Notes under the pieces: generated by a model
What the model saw: the letters and a program-made list of their open reading frames with translations, nothing else
Told to the model about the DNA's origin: nothing
Database searches by the model: none
In this document: one piece after another, positions 20,775 through 31,406 of the stretch
Layout: each line of letters opens with the position of its first letter
Numbering within the stretch: position 1 is the first letter of the stretch
Translations under genes and position numbers: made by a program
Origin: Lachnospiraceae bacterium
Lineage (GTDB): Bacteria > Bacillota > Clostridia > TANB77 > CAG-508
NCBI GenBank assembly: GCA_963621995.1
Contig: CAVFFZ010000003.1
Span: 12,329 to 76,328 of the forward strand
Reading direction: 5' to 3'
DNA: 64,000 bases

Positions 20775-22808
20775 ATGCCGAATAACACTAATAGAAAAAT
20801 CTTTGATAAATTAGTATCAAAGACAAAGATTTATTTAGTAATTATAGCTATTTTGTTAATAGCCCTATGTATATACGAAGTTCGTTTTATTACACCAGCG
20901 ATAATTGGTTATGCATTAATTATAATGTATGCGTGTTGGACAAATAATAAAAGAAAAGCAGAACTTTCAGAACATATTAAAGACTTAACATTAACAGTAG
21001 ATACAGCTGCAAAAAGTACTTTAATTAACTCACCATTTCCATTAGTAATAATAGAAACAGATGGAAATATTATTTGGAAAAGTTCAAAATTTATACACGA
21101 GTTTGCTAATATAGACATTAATAATTACCTAAATAATATCGTAAAAGAAATAAAGCTAGAACTTGAAAATGGAAGTAATGAAGATAAAAAAGAATTACAG
21201 GACTTAATTTTAAAACAAGTTAAAATAGGAAGTAAAGCATATAAAGTAGTTGGAGAATATGTAGAATCAAAAGAAAAACAAAAGAACAATAATAAAGAAT
21301 ATATGACAACTTTATATTTTATAGATGAAACAAAAAATATTTTATTAGAACAAAAATATAATAATTCTAAATTATGCGTTGGAATTATTATGATAGATAA
21401 TTACGACGAGATAATGCAAAGACTTTCAGATGAAGATAAACCAATATTAACAGCTCAAATAGAAAAAAATTTATATGATTGGGCAGCAACCTTTGAGGGG
21501 CTAATTATTAAATCTGAAAGAGATACATTCGTATTATTATTACAACAAAAATATTTAAAACAATTAGAAGAAGAAAAATTTAATATTTTAGATAAAATAA
21601 AAGAAATAGAAATACCTGGAAAAGTACAATCTACTTTAAGCATAGCTATTGCAACAGAAGAGAGTTCAAATTATGAGAAATATAAAACAGCTCAATCAAT
21701 GATAGATATAGCATTAGGTAGAGGTGGAGATCAAGCAATTCTTAGAAAAGACGGAAAATATATATTCTTCGGAGGAAGAACACAAGAACTAGAAAAGAGA
21801 ACTAAAGTAAAAGCAAGAATAGTTGCAAATGCATTACAAGAATTAATGGAAGAAGCAGAAAATATTTTTGTAATGGGACATACAAATAGTGATATAGACG
21901 CAATGGGAGCAAGTTTAGGTGTATATAGACTAGCAAAGACAATAGGGAAAAAAGCATATATAGTAAATACTACAGTTGGTTCTACATTAGATTCATTTTT
22001 ACAAACAGCAAGAGAAGAAGAAGAATATCAAAAAACAATTATAGGAAAAGACGAAGCAATTGAAAAAATAAACGAAAATAGTTTGTTAGTTGTTGTAGAT
22101 ACTCACAAAACAAGCTATGTAGATGTACCAGAACTATTAAAGAAAACTAATAAAATAGTAATAATAGACCATCACAGAAGAGGAACAGATTTCATAGAAA
22201 ATGCCTTATTAACATTCCATGAAGTTTATGCATCTTCTGCATGCGAATTAGTAACAGAACTATTAGAATATTCAGAACAAGAAATAAAATTAACTCAATT
22301 AGAAACAGAAGGCTTATATGCGGGAATTATGATGGATACTAAGAACTTTACATTTAAAACAGGAGTTAGAACATTTGAAGCAGCAGCTTACCTACGTAAA
22401 TGTGGAGTAGATATAATAAAAGTTAAAAAGTGGTTCCAAAGTGATTTAGAAACATATAATAAAATATCAGAAATTGTTACTAATGCAGAGATTATAAATG
22501 ATACAATAGGAATTTCAATATATGATAAAGAAGAGCCAGATACTAGTTTAATTTGTGCTAAGTCAGCAGATGAACTTTTAACAATTAGTAATATTACAGC
22601 ATCTTTTGTTATAGGAAATTTAGGAGACAAAATATGCATAAGTGGACGTTCAATAGGTGATATAAATGTACAATTGATTTTAGAAAAGCTAGGTGGCGGA
22701 GGGCACATTACATTAGCAGGAGCTCAAGTAGAAGGAATGAGTATAGAAGAAGTAAAACAAGAGCTAATAATTCGAATTAATGAATATTTTACTGAAACAT
22801 CGAATTAA
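20775..22808 (+). CDS. gdpP: Cyclic-di-AMP phosphodiesterase GdpP (2 TM, PAS-like, degenerate GGDEF, DHH/DHHA1)
   Basis: DHH motifs (GHTNSDIDAMGA, VVDTH, IDHHRR) and a GGGH C-terminal motif. The conserved gdpP-rplI-dnaB order is present. ATG 20775 follows AAGGGAG. Confidence 0.85.
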   Translation: MPNNTNRKIFDKLVSKTKIYLVIIAILLIALCIYEVRFITPAIIGYALIIMYACWTNNKRKAELSEHIKDLTLTVDTAAKSTLINSPFPLVIIETDGNIIWKSSKFIHEFANIDINNYLNNIVKEIKLELENGSNEDKKELQDLILKQVKIGSKAYKVVGEYVESKEKQKNNNKEYMTTLYFIDETKNILLEQKYNNSKLCVGIIMIDNYDEIMQRLSDEDKPILTAQIEKNLYDWAATFEGLIIKSERDTFVLLLQQKYLKQLEEEKFNILDKIKEIEIPGKVQSTLSIAIATEESSNYEKYKTAQSMIDIALGRGGDQAILRKDGKYIFFGGRTQELEKRTKVKARIVANALQELMEEAENIFVMGHTNSDIDAMGASLGVYRLAKTIGKKAYIVNTTVGSTLDSFLQTAREEEEYQKTIIGKDEAIEKINENSLLVVVDTHKTSYVDVPELLKKTNKIVIIDHHRRGTDFIENALLTFHEVYASSACELVTELLEYSEQEIKLTQLETEGLYAGIMMDTKNFTFKTGVRTFEAAAYLRKCGVDIIKVKKWFQSDLETYNKISEIVTNAEIINDTIGISIYDKEEPDTSLICAKSADELLTISNITASFVIGNLGDKICISGRSIGDINVQLILEKLGGGGHITLAGAQVEGMSIEEVKQELIIRINEYFTETSN

Positions 22809-22885
22809 AATGATATAATAGTAAAATGTACTAAAAAGATGAATATAAAATTTAAAAGCGAAAAGGGCTGTAAAAAGTCCCTTCC

Positions 22886-22900
22886 CTAGAATATAAAAAA
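22886..22900. repeat. R1 element, isolated right arm (CTAGAATATAAAAAA)
   Basis: Identical to the right arms at 19106-19119 and 47551-47564. No left arm is present. Confidence 0.5.
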
Positions 22901-22905
22901 CTAAC

Positions 22906-22942
22906 AAATACCCCAAAAGTACCTGGTACTTTTGGGGTATTT
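22906..22942. repeat. Perfect 37-nt palindrome AAATACCCCAAAAGTACC-T-GGTACTTTTGGGGTATTT
   Basis: 18-bp arms around a single central base. Related copies lie at 39566-39595, 44573-44598 and 8811-8846. Confidence 0.85.
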
Positions 22943-23096
22943 GGGTTATTTGTTCTAAAAATGTTAATAAAACTATTTCTATTCTAGTAAAGTTGTGATA
23001 TAATCATACTACTTGAAAAGTAAAAAAATTGAAAGAAATTCAGCTTTCATAACTATAGATATTTTCTAATAAAGTAGGAAAGGAATGAAATTTAAA

Positions 23097-23543
23097 ATGA
23101 AAGTTATATTATTACAAGATATTAAAGGTGTAGGAAAGAAAGACCAAATTATAAATGCAAACGATGGATATGCAAGAAATTATTTATTTCCTAAAAAATT
23201 AGCAGTAGAGGCAAATGCAGGGAACTTAGGAAACTTAAAAGCAAAACAAGAATCAAATAAATATAGAAAAGATATAGAAAAAGAAGAAGCAACAAAGTTA
23301 GCTAATAAATTAAAAGATATAACATTAGTGTTAAAAGTAAAAGCAGGAGAAAATGGAAAAATATTTGGTGGAGTTACATCAAAAGAAATTTCAGAAAACT
23401 TAAAAGCACAATACAAAATAGAAATAGATAAAAAGAAAATTATACTAAGCGAAACAATAAAAGTTTTAGGAACTACTATAGTAGATATTAAGTTATACGA
23501 GGGAATAATAGGAAAACTAAAAGTTCAAATTATTGAAAACTAA
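23097..23543 (+). CDS. rplI: 50S ribosomal protein L9
   Basis: [36 protein letters not shown] is the canonical L9 N-terminus. ATG 23097 is preferred over 23085. Confidence 0.93.
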   Translation: MKVILLQDIKGVGKKDQIINANDGYARNYLFPKKLAVEANAGNLGNLKAKQESNKYRKDIEKEEATKLANKLKDITLVLKVKAGENGKIFGGVTSKEISENLKAQYKIEIDKKKIILSETIKVLGTTIVDIKLYEGIIGKLKVQIIEN

Positions 23544-23633
23544 ATTAATATAAAGTTTCTAGTCATATTTGTATATTCTACTAAACTAAAAAGGCTCATC
23601 CTTATTAGGTTAGCAAAGAAAAGGAGAAGTTTT

Positions 23634-24965
23634 ATGGAAGTAGGGAAAGTACCGCCACACGATACAGAAGCTGAACAAGCAGTTATAGGAAGTATGCTTA
23701 CAGATAAAGAAGCAATTATTTCTGCTATTGAAGTACTAAAAGAAGAAGATTTTTATAGAGAAGATAATAAAACAATATATGGTGCAATTCTAAATTTATA
23801 TAACCGTGCAGAGCCAGTTGATATTATTACATTAAAGGCAGAACTTTCTTCACTTGGCAAATTAGAAGCAGTTGGTGGATTAGAGTATTTAGCTGAACTT
23901 CCAGATAAGGTACCAACTACTGCGAACGTAGATAAGTATATAAAAATAGTAGAAGAAAAGTCATTACTTCGTAGTTTGTTAAGAACAGCAAATGAAATAA
24001 TAAAATTAGGTTATGACGAAACTCAAGAAGTAGATTTCTTAATGGATCAAGCTGAAAAGAAAATATTTGATACAATACAATCAAGAAATCAAAAAGGTTA
24101 TTCTTCAATTAAAGATATATTAGTAGATACATTTACTCAATTAGAACAATTATATAACCAAAAACAACATATTACAGGTGTACCTACAGGATTTGCAGAC
24201 TTAGATTATAAAACTGCAGGACTTCATAATTCAGATTTAATATTAGTTGCAGCAAGACCTGCTATGGGTAAATCTGCATTTGCATTAAATATAGCTTCTT
24301 ATGCGGCAACACGTGGAAATACACCAGTAGCAATATTTAGCTTAGAAATGTCAAAGGAGCAAATGGTAAATCGTATTTTGTGCAGTGAAGCAATGGTAGA
24401 TAGCAACAAGGTAAGAACAGGTAAAATTGATGATGAAGACTGGGCAAAATTGGCACAAGCCTCTGGAACTTTATCTGAATCCAAAATATTTATAGATGAT
24501 ACACCAGGCATTTCTATAATGGAAATAAGAGCTAAATGTAGAAAGCTGAAATTAGAGCAAAATATTGGACTGGTTGTTATAGACTACTTACAATTAGTAC
24601 AAAGCTCAGGGAAAAGAAGTTCATCACGTGAACAAGAAATTTCAGAAATTAGCCGTTCTTTAAAAATATTAGCTAAAGAGATAAATGTACCAGTAATAGC
24701 ACTATCACAATTATCAAGAGCACCAGAACAACGTCCAGACCATAGACCTATGCTTTCAGACCTTCGTGAATCTGGAGCTATAGAGCAAGATGCTGACATT
24801 GTTATGTTTTTATATAGAGATGATTATTATAATGAAGATAGCGAAAAGAAAAATATTGCAGAAGTAATACTTGCAAAACATCGTTCAGGTTCAACAGGTA
24901 CAGTTGAATTATTATGGATTGGAAATTACACAAAATTTGCAAATATAGAAAAATACAGAGAGTAG
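23634..24965 (+). CDS. dnaB: Replicative DNA helicase
   Basis: PPHDTEAEQAVIGSML, Walker A ARPAMGKSAFALN, IDYLQL and SQLSR motifs. Confidence 0.95.
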   Translation: MEVGKVPPHDTEAEQAVIGSMLTDKEAIISAIEVLKEEDFYREDNKTIYGAILNLYNRAEPVDIITLKAELSSLGKLEAVGGLEYLAELPDKVPTTANVDKYIKIVEEKSLLRSLLRTANEIIKLGYDETQEVDFLMDQAEKKIFDTIQSRNQKGYSSIKDILVDTFTQLEQLYNQKQHITGVPTGFADLDYKTAGLHNSDLILVAARPAMGKSAFALNIASYAATRGNTPVAIFSLEMSKEQMVNRILCSEAMVDSNKVRTGKIDDEDWAKLAQASGTLSESKIFIDDTPGISIMEIRAKCRKLKLEQNIGLVVIDYLQLVQSSGKRSSSREQEISEISRSLKILAKEINVPVIALSQLSRAPEQRPDHRPMLSDLRESGAIEQDADIVMFLYRDDYYNEDSEKKNIAEVILAKHRSGSTGTVELLWIGNYTKFANIEKYRE

Positions 24966-24968
24966 AAA

Positions 24969-25982
24969 ATGTTAGAAGAAAAAGTATTTGAAACAATTAA
25001 AAAGTATGAATTAATTGAAAAAGGAGACAATATTGTCATAGGTGTGTCAGGGGGACCAGATTCTATGACTCTATTAAATGTGCTCATTTCTTTAAATAAA
25101 ATGAAAAAAATAGATTGCAAAATAGTAGTGGCACACATAAATCATGGAATTAGAGTAGAAGCAGATGATGAAACTAAGTATGTTCAAGAATTTTGCAAAA
25201 AGAATAATATTCCATGCTATGTAAAAAAAGAAAAAGTGGAAGAGCTAGCAAAAAAAAGTAAAATTGGAACAGAGGAAGCTGGAAGAAAACTTAGATATTC
25301 ATTCTTTGAAGAAGTTGCAAATAAATGTAAAGCAAATAAAATAGCCACAGCACACACTGCAAATGATAATGCAGAAACAATTTTAATGAATATAATTCGC
25401 GGAACAGGTTTATCTGGTATTAAAGGAATAGAAATAAAAAGAGACAATAAATTTATAAGGCCAATAATAGAACTTACAAGAAAAGAAATAGAAGAATATT
25501 GTGAAGAGAAAAAATTGGATCCAAAAATAGATAAAACAAACAATGAAAATATTTATACAAGAAATAAAGTTAGAAATAAGTTAATTCCTTTTATAGAAAA
25601 AGAATTCAATCCTAATATTATAACTTCATTAAATCGTATGTCTCAATTAGTTTCAAAAGAAGACGAATATTTAGAAAAACAGGTTGAAAGGGCATATAAA
25701 GTAGTTTTAATTGAGGAATATATAGGGAATAAACAATTAGAGGGAAACAACACCATAATTTTAGACTTGAAAAAATTTAATTGTGAAGAAATAGTAATAA
25801 AAAATAGACTAGTTAGATATACTATAAATATATTAATGGGAAGTAAGCAAAACATTGAGAAAATACATATTACAGACATTGTTAAGCTTTGTACAAATAA
25901 TGTTGGAAACAAATTTTTAACACCAAATAAGAATATAAAAGTAAAAGTAGGAAAAGGAAAAATTTTTTTTATAAAATTGTAA
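24969..25982 (+). CDS. tilS: tRNA(Ile)-lysidine synthetase (short form)
   Basis: PP-loop SGGPDS, AHxxxD, and TNNENIYTRNKVRNKLIP. No hpt gene follows, unlike the Bacillus tilS-hprT-ftsH arrangement. Confidence 0.85.
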   Translation: MLEEKVFETIKKYELIEKGDNIVIGVSGGPDSMTLLNVLISLNKMKKIDCKIVVAHINHGIRVEADDETKYVQEFCKKNNIPCYVKKEKVEELAKKSKIGTEEAGRKLRYSFFEEVANKCKANKIATAHTANDNAETILMNIIRGTGLSGIKGIEIKRDNKFIRPIIELTRKEIEEYCEEKKLDPKIDKTNNENIYTRNKVRNKLIPFIEKEFNPNIITSLNRMSQLVSKEDEYLEKQVERAYKVVLIEEYIGNKQLEGNNTIILDLKKFNCEEIVIKNRLVRYTINILMGSKQNIEKIHITDIVKLCTNNVGNKFLTPNKNIKVKVGKGKIFFIKL

Positions 25983-26132
25983 TAGGTAAAGAGGAAAGTT
26001 CCGTAAGCAAATCCTTGCAGTGTAAGGATTTGATGAAAAAAGTTAATAAAAAACTCTTGCAAATAAAAATTTAATATGTTATAGTGCAAAAGTAGATAAA
26101 AGTATTTGTTTAAATTTAAGGAGGCAGATAAA

Positions 26133-27935
26133 TTGAAAAATAGTATAAAAACGTTAGCAATGTGGCTAATAATTTTAGTTATATTTATTGTTGTAATTAC
26201 TTCTATATTAGATAATTCAAACAATAAATTAGCTTATTCAGAATTAATTTCAAAAATAGAGGCTGGAGAAGTAAAAGAAATTGAAATAGCTTCAGATGGA
26301 ACAAGTGCAGAAGTATTATTAAAAAATGATAATGTAAAGAAAGAAGTTAATATTCCAAGCATTAGTAGTTTAATGGATAATCTTCAAGAATCAATGAAAA
26401 CAGATAGTGTTAAAGTAACAGAAAAATCACAATCAATTTTGGCAGTAGGTTTAAGTTTACTTACTCCATTTGGAATACTTGCAATATTCATTATTTTCTG
26501 GTTCTTCTTAATGAATGGAAACCAAGCTGGTGGAAATAAAACAATGACATTTGGAAAAAGTAGAGCAAGAATGTTAAATCCACAAGACAAAGCAAAAGTT
26601 ACATTTAAAGATGTAGCAGGTGTAGATGAAGAAAAAGAAGAATTAGAGGAAGTTGTAGAATTCTTAAAAAATCCTAGAAAATTCACAGAAATGGGTGCAA
26701 GAATCCCAAAGGGTGTATTACTTGTAGGTCAACCAGGTACAGGTAAAACATTACTTGCAAAAGCAGTAGCAGGTGAAGCAGGAGTACCATTCTTTATTAT
26801 AAGTGGTTCAGATTTCGTAGAAATGTTTGTTGGTGTTGGTGCATCAAGAGTTAGGGATTTATTTGAAGAAGCAAAAAGAAAAGCACCATGTATTATATTT
26901 ATAGATGAAATTGATGCAGTTGGACGTCAAAGAGGTGCAGGACTTGGTGGAGGACATGATGAAAGAGAACAAACATTAAACCAATTATTAGTTGAAATGG
27001 ATGGATTTGCAGAAAATGAAGGAGTTGTCGTATTAGCTGCAACAAACCGTCCAGACGTACTAGATAAAGCATTACTTCGTGCAGGAAGATTTGACAGACA
27101 AATTGTAGTAGGAGCACCAGACGTAAAAGCAAGAGAACAAATATTAGAGGTTCATAGTAGAAAGAAAAGACTAGCAGATAATGTAGATTTAAGAGTAATT
27201 GCTAAAAATACATCAGGATTTGCAGGAGCAGACCTAGAAAACGTATTAAACGAAGCAGCTTTACTTGCTGCAAGAAGAAATTTACCAGAAATCGGAATGA
27301 AAGAAATAGAAGATGCTATGGTAAAAGTAACAATGGGACCAGAAAAGAGAACAAAAGTTAGAAATGAAAAAGAAAACAAATTAGTAGCATATCATGAAGC
27401 AGGTCACGCTGTTGTAAGTAGATTCTTACCAACACAAGATCCTGTTCATCAAATATCAATAGTACCTAGAGGAATGGCTGGCGGATATACAATGTATCGT
27501 CCAACAGAAGACAAAAACTTTATGTCTAAATCTGAAATGGAAGAAACAATTGTATCTTTACTTGGTGGTAGGGTAGCTGAAAGTTTAATTCTAAATGATG
27601 TATCAACAGGTGCAAGTAATGACATACAAAGAGCAACTCAAATTGCAAGAAATATGGTTACTAAATATGGTATGAGCGATAGAATTGGAGCAATAATGCT
27701 TGGCTCAGGACAAGAAGAAGTATTTTTGGGTAGAGATTTTGCACAAGCAAAAGAATACTCAGAAGAAACAGCAGCAGTTATAGATGAAGAAATTAAGAAA
27801 ATAGTTGACAATGCATATAGAAGAGCAGAACAAATCTTAAGAGATAATATAGACAAATTACATGCTGTAGCAGAAGTATTATTAGAAAAAGAAAAAATTG
27901 ATGGAAAAGAATTTGATGCCATCTTTAATAACTAA
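26133..27935 (+). CDS. ftsH: ATP-dependent zinc metalloprotease FtsH
   Basis: Walker A GQPGTGKT, the SRH region, and the HEAGH zinc motif. TTG 26133 sits 7 nt after AAGGAGG. Confidence 0.95.
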   Translation: MKNSIKTLAMWLIILVIFIVVITSILDNSNNKLAYSELISKIEAGEVKEIEIASDGTSAEVLLKNDNVKKEVNIPSISSLMDNLQESMKTDSVKVTEKSQSILAVGLSLLTPFGILAIFIIFWFFLMNGNQAGGNKTMTFGKSRARMLNPQDKAKVTFKDVAGVDEEKEELEEVVEFLKNPRKFTEMGARIPKGVLLVGQPGTGKTLLAKAVAGEAGVPFFIISGSDFVEMFVGVGASRVRDLFEEAKRKAPCIIFIDEIDAVGRQRGAGLGGGHDEREQTLNQLLVEMDGFAENEGVVVLAATNRPDVLDKALLRAGRFDRQIVVGAPDVKAREQILEVHSRKKRLADNVDLRVIAKNTSGFAGADLENVLNEAALLAARRNLPEIGMKEIEDAMVKVTMGPEKRTKVRNEKENKLVAYHEAGHAVVSRFLPTQDPVHQISIVPRGMAGGYTMYRPTEDKNFMSKSEMEETIVSLLGGRVAESLILNDVSTGASNDIQRATQIARNMVTKYGMSDRIGAIMLGSGQEEVFLGRDFAQAKEYSEETAAVIDEEIKKIVDNAYRRAEQILRDNIDKLHAVAEVLLEKEKIDGKEFDAIFNN

Positions 27936-27940
27936 AAACA

Positions 27941-27971
27941 TGACGCAAAGGGAATATTCCCCTTTGCGTCA
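27941..27971 (-). terminator. Terminator for the minus-strand PBP gene
   Basis: TGACGCAAAGGG / CCCTTTGCGTCA, a 12-bp stem. The T-run is on the minus strand only. Confidence 0.7.
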
Positions 27972-27979
27972 AATAAATA

Positions 27980-28018
27980 AAAATAGCAAGCTTAAGAAGA
28001 TTTTAAGTTTGCTATTTT
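27980..28018 (+). terminator. Candidate ftsH terminator
   Basis: AAAATAGCAAGCTTAA / TTAAGTTTGCTATTTT, a 16-bp stem with one G-T pair, ending in a T-run. Confidence 0.6.
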
Positions 28019-28044
28019 ATTTATTACATAAATGTAAAACATTT

Positions 28045-30312
28045 TTAATGTGCATCTTGTATTTCATTTTTTAGTGTTACATTTATAACAGTTCCTTCTT
28101 CTACAGAAGTTCCAGCCATAGGATCTTGTGAAATAACAGTTCCTGTTCCAGTTACGTGAATATTTAAGTTCTTTTGCTTTAAAGAACTTTTTGCTTGTAA
28201 ATAACTCATTCCTTTTAAGTCTGGTACTTCTTGTGATATTCTAGCGTCATTTCCTTCTGAATATAAATTAACAATAGCTCCACTTACTAAAGCTGTACCT
28301 GGCTTTGGAACTTGGTCTGTTACTAGTAAAGAAGTATCATCACCTGAAATATTGCAAGTAAATCCTGCATCTTCAATTATTTTCTTAGCTTCTGCTAAAG
28401 TTTTATTTCTAACATCTAATAATGTAGTTGTAGTAATAGTATCTGTATCTTCATCAGAAGATAAATCATCTGAAGGAACTCCTAAATAAGGTAATACCTC
28501 ACTTAATATTTGGGAAACAACAGGGGCAGCTATTGTACCACCTTGATGTCCTGCTTTACCTTGAGGATCATATAGTGTAACTAATGCAACTACCTCAGGA
28601 TTTTGAACAGGAGAGATTCCAACAAATGATGCAACATACATTGCATTTTCATTTGTAGAGTCTGGTTCTGAAGTACCTGTTTTTCCGGCTATACTATAAC
28701 CTTTAACTTGTCCATACCTACCAGTTCCTTCGGTTACAACAGATTCTAACATATCCATTAATTTATCAGATGTTTCTTTTGAAATGACTTGTCTTACATT
28801 AGTAGATTCTATTGAAGTAATAGCACCAGTGTCTGGGTTTTCAACTTGCTTTACAATACGTGGTTCAACTAACACACCATTATTTGCAACGGAAGATACA
28901 GCAGTAATTAGCTGGATAGGAGTAACACGGAAACGTTGACCAAATGACATTGTTGCAAGTTCTATAGGTCCTACGTCATCTAAATCCCAAAAATAGCTGT
29001 TAGCTTCTCCAGAAGTTGCAATTCCAGTCTTATCGAATAAACCAAATGCTTCATAATATTTATATAAAGTTTGAGCACCAATTCTTTTTCCAAGTTGCAT
29101 TAATGCAGGGTTACAAGAATTCATTAATGCTTGTCTTAAAGTTTGACTTCCATGAGTTGTTTGATATTTCCAACAATTAATTTTAATGCCATTTATTAAT
29201 TCATAACCTGAACAATAAAAATCGCCAGAAGTATCTGTACTTACAACATTTTCTTCCAAACCAATAGCAGCAGTAATTATTTTAAAAGTAGAACCAGGTT
29301 CGTAAGTATCTGAAACAGCTTTGTTTCTCCACATTTTCATTAAAGAATTGACTTGCTCCTCACTTGAAAGACTATCCCATGTACTAGAAAGACTATCATT
29401 TGGAGTTCTTGGCGAATTTAAATCATAATCAGGATATGTAGCCATTGCTAAGATATCTCCAGTTGAAGGATTCATTATAATTACATTTCCACCACTTTTA
29501 CAATCGTTTTCTATACATGCTTGTTTTAAATATTTTTCAGCAATAGCTTGAATATTAGCATCTATAGTTAAAGTGATGTTATTTCCATTTTCAGCAGGTA
29601 TATAAGTTTCGTTTTTATCAGGTATTAACTGAGCTGCTGCATTTTCTATACTAGTAATTTTCCCAGATGTACCACTTAGAACACTATTCCATTTTAATTC
29701 TATACCTTCTTGTCCATCATTGTCTGTGTTACAAAATCCAATTAAATTAGAAGCAAGTGTTCCATATGGGTAATATCTTTTAACATCTTCATCTATATTA
29801 ATTCCTGAATAAATTTCTGTTTCTTCCATCCATTCTTGTAATTTTGTAATTTTATCTTTTTCAACTTTTTTAATTATAGTCTCAAAAGAATTTGAGCTAT
29901 TTACTTTAGCTAAAGTTTCTTCATAGTCTAACTCAAAAATTTCAGAAAATGCTTTTGCAACTTTTTCTTTATTCTCATTTTTTATTTTAGAAGGATTAAT
30001 ACTAACTGTATCTACAGAAGCACTGGCTGCTAATAGCTTTCCGGTGGAATCATATATATTGCCTCTTTTAGCACTTATAACACGATTTGTAGACTGCTGA
30101 CGATTGGCGGCTTCTTTTAATTCAGGACCTTTAATAAATTGTAGGTATGCTAGCCTTAATATAAGTAGCAAAAATATAGCAAATATAATAAACATACATA
30201 TAAGTAAATTTTTTGATTTTACAGATTTTACGTTTTTACTTTCAACCTTAGAGCTAACACTATTAGAAGTCTTTATATTTTTTGATTTAAAAAAATTTTT
30301 TCTTTTATTCAT
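28045..30312 (-). CDS. Class B penicillin-binding protein (SpoVD/PBP2B-type) with two C-terminal PASTA domains
   Basis: 755 aa with a Lys-rich N-tail, a TM helix, a dimerisation domain, transpeptidase motifs STFK, SxN (SCN) and KTGT, and two PASTA-like repeats. Confidence 0.85.
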   Translation of the reverse strand: MNKRKNFFKSKNIKTSNSVSSKVESKNVKSVKSKNLLICMFIIFAIFLLLILRLAYLQFIKGPELKEAANRQQSTNRVISAKRGNIYDSTGKLLAASASVDTVSINPSKIKNENKEKVAKAFSEIFELDYEETLAKVNSSNSFETIIKKVEKDKITKLQEWMEETEIYSGINIDEDVKRYYPYGTLASNLIGFCNTDNDGQEGIELKWNSVLSGTSGKITSIENAAAQLIPDKNETYIPAENGNNITLTIDANIQAIAEKYLKQACIENDCKSGGNVIIMNPSTGDILAMATYPDYDLNSPRTPNDSLSSTWDSLSSEEQVNSLMKMWRNKAVSDTYEPGSTFKIITAAIGLEENVVSTDTSGDFYCSGYELINGIKINCWKYQTTHGSQTLRQALMNSCNPALMQLGKRIGAQTLYKYYEAFGLFDKTGIATSGEANSYFWDLDDVGPIELATMSFGQRFRVTPIQLITAVSSVANNGVLVEPRIVKQVENPDTGAITSIESTNVRQVISKETSDKLMDMLESVVTEGTGRYGQVKGYSIAGKTGTSEPDSTNENAMYVASFVGISPVQNPEVVALVTLYDPQGKAGHQGGTIAAPVVSQILSEVLPYLGVPSDDLSSDEDTDTITTTTLLDVRNKTLAEAKKIIEDAGFTCNISGDDTSLLVTDQVPKPGTALVSGAIVNLYSEGNDARISQEVPDLKGMSYLQAKSSLKQKNLNIHVTGTGTVISQDPMAGTSVEEGTVINVTLKNEIQDAH

Positions 30313-30451
30313 TTTTTCACCATCTTTTACATTTGTATTTTATCAATAACATTGTACAGAAAATATGAATAAAAATCAATAGAAAATGGACAATCACGTC
30401 AATTTATGGTAAAATAGTAAAGATAAAAATGTTTTAAAGAATGGAGATAAA

Positions 30452-31309
30452 ATGGAAAGTGCATATAATGAGACAATGTTTCTTTTAAGAAAATACAATA
30501 TAACTGCCAATAAAAGTTTGGGACAAAATTTTTTGGTAGATGATGATGTAATAAATAAGACTATAGAATCAGCCAAAATATCAAATGGAGATTTAGTTAT
30601 AGAAATAGGTCCAGGTTTAGGAACATTAACTTGCAAATTACTAGAAAAAGCTAAAAAAGTAATAGCAATAGAGCTTGATAAAAAAATGATTGAAATCTTA
30701 CAAGATCGTTTTAATTTATATTCAAACTTTGAATTAATAAATGATGATGTTTTAAAAGTAGATTTACAAGAACTAATAAAAAAGGAAAAAGAAGAAAATG
30801 AAATAAAAGATGTAAAAATAGTTGCAAATCTTCCATATTACATTACAACGCCAATTATAATGAAACTATTAGAAGATAAATTAAATATAAAAAGCATTAC
30901 AGTAATGGTACAAAAAGAAGTAGCAGAAAGACTTGCAGCAAAACCAGGGGAAAAATTAGCAGGTGCAATTACATATAGTGTGCAATATTATTGCGAAACA
31001 GAACTGGTTGTAAAGGTATCAAATCAAAGCTTTATACCTGCACCAGAAGTAGAATCTGAAGTAATAAACCTAAAAATAAGAAGTACTTCACCAGTAAAAG
31101 TAAAAGACGAGAAAACATTTTTTAAATTAATAAAAGTTTCATTTATGCAAAGAAGAAAAACTTTTTTAAATGGAGTTTCAAATAGTGGATTAATAGATAA
31201 AACAAAATTAAAACAAATTTTAGATGGAATGAATATAAACGAAAACGTAAGAGGAGAAAATTTGTCACTAGAGCAATTTGCAGAAATTTCTAATAAAATT
31301 TGTGATTAG
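30452..31309 (+). CDS. rsmA: 16S rRNA (adenine1518/1519-N6)-dimethyltransferase
   Basis: KSLGQNFL, EIGPGLGTLT, NLPYYITTPI. Confidence 0.92.
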   Translation: MESAYNETMFLLRKYNITANKSLGQNFLVDDDVINKTIESAKISNGDLVIEIGPGLGTLTCKLLEKAKKVIAIELDKKMIEILQDRFNLYSNFELINDDVLKVDLQELIKKEKEENEIKDVKIVANLPYYITTPIIMKLLEDKLNIKSITVMVQKEVAERLAAKPGEKLAGAITYSVQYYCETELVVKVSNQSFIPAPEVESEVINLKIRSTSPVKVKDEKTFFKLIKVSFMQRRKTFLNGVSNSGLIDKTKLKQILDGMNINENVRGENLSLEQFAEISNKICD

Positions 31310-31406
31310 AATTGTTTACAAATTTATTACATTTTATCTGTAAATATTGCATAAAAATAGAATTATGATATAATAAATTTAGGTAATTATAAATAGGAGA
31401 TAATAT

